This document shows positions 58,080-64,000 of a stretch of 64,000 nt of DNA, piece by piece. The notes beneath the pieces were generated by a model that was not told the origin of the DNA, made no database searches, and saw nothing but the letters and a program-made list of their open reading frames with translations. Both the position numbers and the translations under genes were made by a program. Position 1 is the first letter of the stretch, and every line of letters begins with the position of its first letter. The DNA comes from Amoebophrya sp. A120 (taxonomy: Eukaryota; Protista; Dinoflagellata), in assembly GCA_905178155.1 (NCBI GenBank), contig CAJINV010000004.1, forward strand, positions 9,940,385-10,004,384, in the 5' to 3' direction.

Positions 58080-59540
58080 ATGATGTCCGCCACCGTGAAC
58101 AAAGCTGCTGCACCCAACAAGCTCGAGCACGAGGCCTTGGAGGACCACCGACCTGCGGCCAAAGTACTACTAATTTCATCCCCGCAACAAGAGAAATATC
58201 ACGAAGTCGAAGTCCGCCGTTCTCTTTGGGAAAGCAGTCTCGTGAAAGACGCCGGCGCGGCTTCGTCTGAGGTGAAAACCCAGTTCCGCCGGCCAGGCCA
58301 CGAGGACTTCGTGATCCGGCAACTGCGAAGTGGCAGAACCGGAATTCGGGTGTGGCCGTCAGCAATACAGCTCCTGAACCACAGCGAGGAGTTGTTGCAC
58401 GTTCATCTTCCTTCGAGGACATCTTCCGACGCTGACGCAACATTCGGCCAGAATTTGAAAGATCATCACCGAGGAATAAAGCGCGTCGCCCTGGAGCTCG
58501 GTTCTGGAGTCGGTGTTGTTGCCGTCGGCCTCAGTCGCCAGAGCTGGAACGTCATCGCGACAGACCACGATTCCGCGACACTGAAGAATCTCCGGTACAA
58601 CATTCAGACGAACCGCTGCCGTGGCGGCGCGAACGCAGTGGAGGTCCGGAAACTCGACTGGTGGGCGATCGAAAAGGCGAGAAGTGCAGTGCTACAACTT
58701 TCTTCAGGCTCTCCTGATTGCGTACCCAATTGTAGTGCTGAGGCGGATCATGCAGGAAGTACGCCGGATGGGGCAGTCGCAGTCTCAGTCACTGTGAAAT
58801 CCAGTTCCAGTCTCGGCGCAGCAGAAAAATCTTTTCCGCAACAGCAAAAGGACCACGACGGCAAAGCTATTGCGCATCTCGAGGACGATTTTCTGGTTGC
58901 GAATTGGCTCCGCGACGACTTGTCGGAGTGTTCTTCGGAGGACACTGCTGAAAACACGACAGAGAAATCATCTCCCACGAATGACGCGCGCTCAACAGTA
59001 GAACGGACAATCAGCGCGAGAAGTTTGCTGACGACCTGTGCGTCTCTGTCGAGCATCGACGACTCCGCGTTGAATACAATCAGAAATGCCGACTTCAGTG
59101 TCGGTGGTCCGTCACCCTCTACAAAAACCACATCCATGGCAATTATTAAACCACTGCTGGTGGATCATCCGGAAATAAACGACAAGACCCTACAGGACCT
59201 CGAAAAACTCGCGAACGAGGTCGATTGCGTTGTGGGGTCAGATTTGCTCTACGAGGACACTTGCAAACCGCTACGAGCGGTGATCCACAGCCTGCTGGAT
59301 TTCAAGGAGAATTTGTCCATGTTTTTCGTTTTCCAGGAACGAACGGAGGGCCGGGTTTTGGAATTTGCGGAAAGCTTGAAACGATGGACAAGTACAAGAA
59401 CGCGGGAGAAGAGCCTGTGTGATGTGGAGGTCGAGCCTGCAGCCGGGATTGTCCTGGAGGAGAAAGAAGTGGAGGTTTTGTGCGGACCGATAACGGAGGG
59501 CAGTGACTGCTGGAAGATTCTTGTGAACCCTAAAATGTGA
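58080..59540 (+). CDS. Class I SAM-dependent methyltransferase, METTL21/EEF2KMT (family 16)-like; intronless
   Basis: TGIRVWPSAIQL, VALELGSGVGVVA (motif I), VIATDH, LRYNI, RKLDW and VVGSDLLYE (DxxY), with a long low-complexity insert between LDW and DxxY. Confidence 0.85.
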   Translation: MMSATVNKAAAPNKLEHEALEDHRPAAKVLLISSPQQEKYHEVEVRRSLWESSLVKDAGAASSEVKTQFRRPGHEDFVIRQLRSGRTGIRVWPSAIQLLNHSEELLHVHLPSRTSSDADATFGQNLKDHHRGIKRVALELGSGVGVVAVGLSRQSWNVIATDHDSATLKNLRYNIQTNRCRGGANAVEVRKLDWWAIEKARSAVLQLSSGSPDCVPNCSAEADHAGSTPDGAVAVSVTVKSSSSLGAAEKSFPQQQKDHDGKAIAHLEDDFLVANWLRDDLSECSSEDTAENTTEKSSPTNDARSTVERTISARSLLTTCASLSSIDDSALNTIRNADFSVGGPSPSTKTTSMAIIKPLLVDHPEINDKTLQDLEKLANEVDCVVGSDLLYEDTCKPLRAVIHSLLDFKENLSMFFVFQERTEGRVLEFAESLKRWTSTRTREKSLCDVEVEPAAGIVLEEKEVEVLCGPITEGSDCWKILVNPKM

Positions 59541-60596
59541 TAGTTTTTCTTCTGATGAAAATCATGGAGGCAGCTACTCAAAAAAGAAAAAGCCTGACGA
59601 GCTGCTTTTTTTGTGACGAGCGAAGATGAACCTGCTTCTCGAGTTTGTGATTGTGTAGAATTCTATAGCTGTGTACAGTTTGCATCTGTTGATGAAAATG
59701 TTTAGCACATATTTGATACCAGCTGGTCGTGTTTCGAGTTGTTGAATATTGCTATGTTTCTGTCAATTTTTACGAATTGCTATACACACATAGTTTCTTC
59801 CAGCTACTTACTAAGTTTCAGTTTGCATGATAAAAAGCGAAAACACTTTGAAACCGAGATGGCAAACGAATTTGGTTGTGCTGTTTCAGGAAAAAAATAC
59901 GGAATACAACAAGGAGCGAAAGATTGACTCTTCTTGCTCTTGGGGGTACGTACGATTGATTTCAGCGACTACTAGAAAAATGCGACAAATAAAAAAAGCG
60001 AAACCGCAACCACCTATACTGTGTTTTAATCAAAAGTGAAAAAGTTCTCATTTGGTGAGGATGACGTGAATCCGAAATCACGAGCTACTCCTTCGTCCGC
60101 CTGGGGATAGTTGCAGTTTTCAGAGTGTGTTGCGCAAAAAAAGTAATTCTCATTCTCCAAAGCTCACAGACAGGGTCGTGCGTCGTAGACGTTATTTCCG
60201 ATATTGATCATAGTCCATAACTCAAGAAAAAGCGAAGAAAAACGCCCTCGAATATACTTATTAATTTTCTTTTCGTCAGACAGAGTACTAACACTAAGGG
60301 TCACGGTGGTATTAAGCCTGCTGACATATCAGGCATAGAGACCTCAAGGAGATCATTCTGCGTAGCTAGTACAACCGGATGAACCACCTAAACGACCTTG
60401 ACGTCCAAGCAAAGCCAAGAAGACTCGTCAAAAATGATTCTAGTTCTCAACAAAGATGTCCGCGGCCAACTAGAAACTCATGCTCAATTATCCTCTGTAC
60501 CTGTAGCGACCGTAACTACAACGACGTTTTTTTCATCGGTAGGTTTCAACTTGTTTCTCAGAACCGAAAAACAGCATAAAAAACGACCCTTAAAAC

Positions 60597-63500
60597 ATGA
60601 GCGGCCACATCGTACGCGCACAGCATTCGAAGGAGTCCTCGCACAGCGCCCGTGAGGAGCGCCGCCGGCAGCTGGAGTTGGTGCGGCAGGCGAAGGTATC
60701 AAATGTAAAAATGTCTGGGTCTGGAAGATTGCCAGGTTTGTCATGCACGTTTTGCATGACTCCTGATGTCTGTGATGCATGCCCTAGCATCACAGATTTT
60801 GTGAGGGCCTCCTGATGCCTATACCGCATGACAAATGCTCTTTCCGTGTAGCAAAACTTGGACTCTCTTTGCTGCTCATGCAATACAGATTTTTTTACAA
60901 TCCTAAATCAGCATGACAAGTTGGATTCTTCCAGACCCAGACACTTTTACAGTTGATACAAGGGCATTTTGGAAGCCAGGGAGAACGAATTGATGTTATC
61001 TTCGTCTGAAGACAGTTCCGTATCCTGTGCAAAAGTCTCGTACTCGTAGTAATCCTAATCGCAGTCATGCATTACAAATTTCTTGCTCAAGTGAAATCCG
61101 CATTACAAATTTTATTTCTCATGCCGAGGAAATTTGTCATGCGATTTATACTAGTACGATGCTTTTGCATTTCATATTCCGGTGGAAACAACAAAAATAT
61201 TAAAACAAATAGCAGCAGCAGGAACAGGAACAAAGAGCCGCCCACATCCAAATCCAAGTCCCCGAAAGCACGCCCAGCCGCGCCGCCCGACACCTGGGGC
61301 CCGGTGCGCAGTCGCGTTTCGGGCAGGATGGGGAGCAAGGAGCGGGTCGGTCTGCGGGATCGTGATCGAGGACCACGTGATGCAGGTCCGCCAACTGCTT
61401 TGACGTCGCGGGGTGCAGCTGCCGGAAGACGGCGATCGCGCTCGCGGTCCAGGGGCGACCGGAATGTTGACACGAGACGGAGTAGAAACTACCTTTCGAC
61501 GCGGCCTGCAGAGGTTCCTAGAAGAGGAGGTCCAGCACGTGGTCCACCTGAGCGGACGACCAGGACCAGCCGCGAGCGGGGGAGAAATAAAGACTCCGGT
61601 CGCGGAGCTGCTCCACCGCCGGCGAAGAATGCCCCGCGGAGGTCGAGGTCCCGGTCGAAGAGAGGGCGGGATGGCCAAAATGGCCAAGATGACCGTCGTG
61701 ATGAACCACGACGCGCAGCAGGTGGAACGGAAAAAAGAGACCCGGCCAAAAAGAAAGACCTACCGGAGATAGAAAGACCGGGTACAACAACGACCGTCGA
61801 CGGACGGAGGAAGGGAGGGAGAAAGAGGAGCTCCAGTTCCGAGCAACGGGCAGTGAATAAAGTTAAAGACTCCCGGAAGCAGGACGAGAATAAAGTTGTG
61901 AGGAACCGTGGTAAAGGTGAACAAGAGCCACCGCTCTCTCCTCCTCGCCGACCAGATACAACAACACGAGCTGGCGACCACCTATCCTTTGCAAAAGTAC
62001 CGTACAACTCGTATAAATGCAAGTCTTGCATTACAAATATTTTTCTTAAAGTAAATCAGCATGACAAATTTCATTTCTACTCATGCTGAGAAAATTTGAA
62101 TTTCTAATGCTTTTCAACGAGTACGATACTTTTGCAGTTCATACCACCGGGACGAGCAGCGCAAAACCCAGAAGGAAGCTACCCGACGACAAGTCGTGTC
62201 GTCTCGCGATCGGGCACAACAAACTCGAGGCAAACAAGACAGCAAGCGGGATATAATTACTGGGCGAAATAAGCCTGATGGTGTGCAACGGGACGAACGC
62301 GCCAGGACGGAAAAAGATAGAGGCAAGGAGAAGGGCACAATCGAAAGAGCAAGTGGGCGAGTAGATCACGGAGCAGAAGATGTTGTCAGGCGTGCTGCCC
62401 GGTCCCGTAGTCCCATTTCCCGTCGTGATGTTGCAAAAGGGAAAGACACCAGAGCATCTCAGCGTCGACGTGCAGATGATGAAAACAACAACAACAAGGC
62501 TCGTGTTGACAACAAGACAGCCACGACTGAAAATGAAAATCGAGATCCACCGCAGCGAAATAGAAGAAGCCCAGTGAAACCATCACCAGAGGAGGAACAA
62601 CTTGACAACAAGAAAAACTATGAATTGCAAAAGTATCGTACTCGTATACATGCATTACAAATTTCCTCAGCATGAGAAATAAAATTTGTAAATGCTGATT
62701 TACTCTAAGAAAAAGATTTGTGATGCATGACTGCAATTACTACGAGTACGATACTTTTGCGCAGGATAAAAACAAAACCACTACGACCGGGAGCCGTCGC
62801 ATGGACGACAAGATCGCTGCGAAAATTGCGATATGCATTGCAAAAGTATCGTACTCGTAGTTGTAATTGCAGTCATGCATCATGACAAATCTGGTTCCTT
62901 AGCTCATTCAGAATAGCAAATTCCATTTTGCCTTCTGGCAAAATTTGTAATGCTATCTCTACTAGTACGATAGTTTTGCAATGCAAATGCGACCAAGAAG
63001 CAGCAAGAGAGCAGCTCTTCCTCAGATGAATCGTCGTCGTCGGACTCGGAGGATAATTCCTCATATCCACAGAAAAAAAACCATCCACATCAAATTTGTC
63101 ATGCCAAACACGCATAAAGTCCACTATTTGTCATGCAAAAAATGGATGGGGGTGCGATGGATGTTTTTTCGTGGATTCCCTAAGCTCCTCCTCTCCAAGC
63201 GCACGGAGGACCAAGCAGAAGAAAGAACCAGCTAGCGTAGACGAGCAGAACGGGAACAAGAAGGATGCCAAGATGAGGGCCGCTGACGGGTCAGCGAGGA
63301 ACAACAACAGTAGAAACAACAGGGAACAACGGCAAGTTGCTGGTGCAAAGACGACTGTCCGGCGCGAGAATTTATCCGAAAATAAGCCAAGACCGAGAAA
63401 AGACGAAACGCGAGAGGACGAAAACAATGCTCTTTACAGCCGAGGACGTCGTGGTCGACGTTCCAGCAGCCGTGACCGCAAGAACACAAGAAATAAAGTT

Positions 63501-64000
63501 CTTGCGCCGACGTCCTCTCTGCAAATCAAGGCGAATCATGATGATCCACCGCGCGAGGAGGTGGGTGACGCACCACGTCAAAACGACACCGTTCTTAACC
63601 AGCAGAATATCAAGAAGGCCGACCTTCGACGTCCACGCCGAAGTAGGAATCAGTCACGCTCCCGCAGCCGCGAGCGACAAAGCGACAAGGTTGATGTTGT
63701 GCTAGCGAAAAGGACAACAACTGCTGGAGCTACGATTAGCCTGAAACCAGCTGCAGCTGCGGGAAAAGACGAGGTCGTCCATCAGCAGCGCCGGAGAATT
63801 TCGAATTCTAGGGCTCGGAGGAGCGTGGATTGGCGTTTCGCGGAGGAGGATCATGCTAGTAACAGGATAGTTGTAGCAGGGGACGACGATCGCAGGAACT
63901 ACAACCGCAGAACAAGTGACAGGGAAGTAGAGCGTGCAGGACTCCAACATGTCGAATTGAAAAGACCTGGCTCCACTACCGGAGCCGTTGATCTTCGAAA
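60597..64000 (+). CDS. Arg/Ser-rich low-complexity protein, runs off the window end; at least 6 introners
   Basis: RSRSRSR tracts; removing the 6 elements plus 5 nt each gives one frame that is still open at 64000. Confidence 0.75.
60697..60958. mobile_element. TIR introner, family A (inverted orientation)
   Basis: Family A TIR; DR GAAGG/CAAGG. Confidence 0.95.
61021..61176. mobile_element. TIR introner, family B (inverted orientation)
   Basis: TATCCTGTGCAAAAG...GTACGATGCTTTTGCATTTCATA; DR TTCCG; reverse complement of the 20297-type element. Confidence 0.95.
61983..62143. mobile_element. TIR introner, family B
   Basis: TATCCTTTGCAAAAGTACCGTAC...GTACGATACTTTTGCAGTTCATA; DR CCACC. Confidence 0.9.
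62619..62768. mobile_element. TIR introner, family B
   Basis: TATGAATTGCAAAAGTATCGTAC...GTACGATACTTTTGCGCAGGATA; DR AAAAC. Confidence 0.95.
62832..62987. mobile_element. TIR introner, family B
   Basis: TATGCATTGCAAAAGTATCGTAC...GTACGATAGTTTTGCAATGCAAA; DR TGCGA. Confidence 0.9.
63064..63177. mobile_element. TIR introner, family E
   Basis: TATCCACAGAAAAAAAACCATCCACATC...TTTTTTCGTGGATT; flanks CCTCA/CCCTA; sibling of 54753-54861. Confidence 0.85.

Noticed and set aside
9147-60958. Recurring short ORFs such as MQKCLGLE, NLPDPDIF, SRPRHFC and LQKYRT as a repeated protein domain
   Set aside because: They are translations of the family A and B TIRs in different frames and end in stops inside the elements.
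5413-63177. Ciliate-type TA-bounded internal eliminated sequences
   Set aside because: Ends are TAT...ATA with variable 5-bp duplications, not a TA repeat, and the standard genetic code fits the ORFs. DNA-level excision is disfavoured but not formally excluded.
1-64000. tRNA or rRNA genes
   Set aside because: No cloverleaf or conserved rRNA segments recognised by eye; tRNAscan-SE or Infernal would be needed to exclude them.

Overview
Eukaryotic protist genomic DNA, most likely from a parasitic marine alveolate of the Amoebophrya (Syndiniales) type. This assignment is inferred from intron architecture, not from a database match. About 14 protein-coding genes are present, all on the + strand: an IQ-motif/Cys-rich protein, a WW+ankyrin protein, an SLC26/SulP-STAS transporter, a MORN-repeat protein, a tandem pair of ankyrin proteins with a possible RelE-like C-terminus, an eIF3i-like WD40 protein, a METTL21-type methyltransferase, an RS-rich protein and several low-complexity hypotheticals. 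The dominant hidden structure is at least 37 short (109-625 bp) elements that interrupt coding exons. Each starts TAT and ends ATA (a few have one terminal mismatch), carries terminal inverted repeats (TIRs) and is flanked by a 5-bp direct repeat (DR; 24 perfect, 13 decayed). Most lack GT-AG ends. In every case, removing the element plus exactly 5 nt restores the reading frame, and often a conserved protein motif. They therefore behave as transposon-derived non-canonical introns (introners). They fall into several TIR families, occur in both orientations, and share an internal GCATNACAAA motif that also appears in ordinary GT-AG introns. All gene models were assembled by hand and need RNA-seq confirmation.
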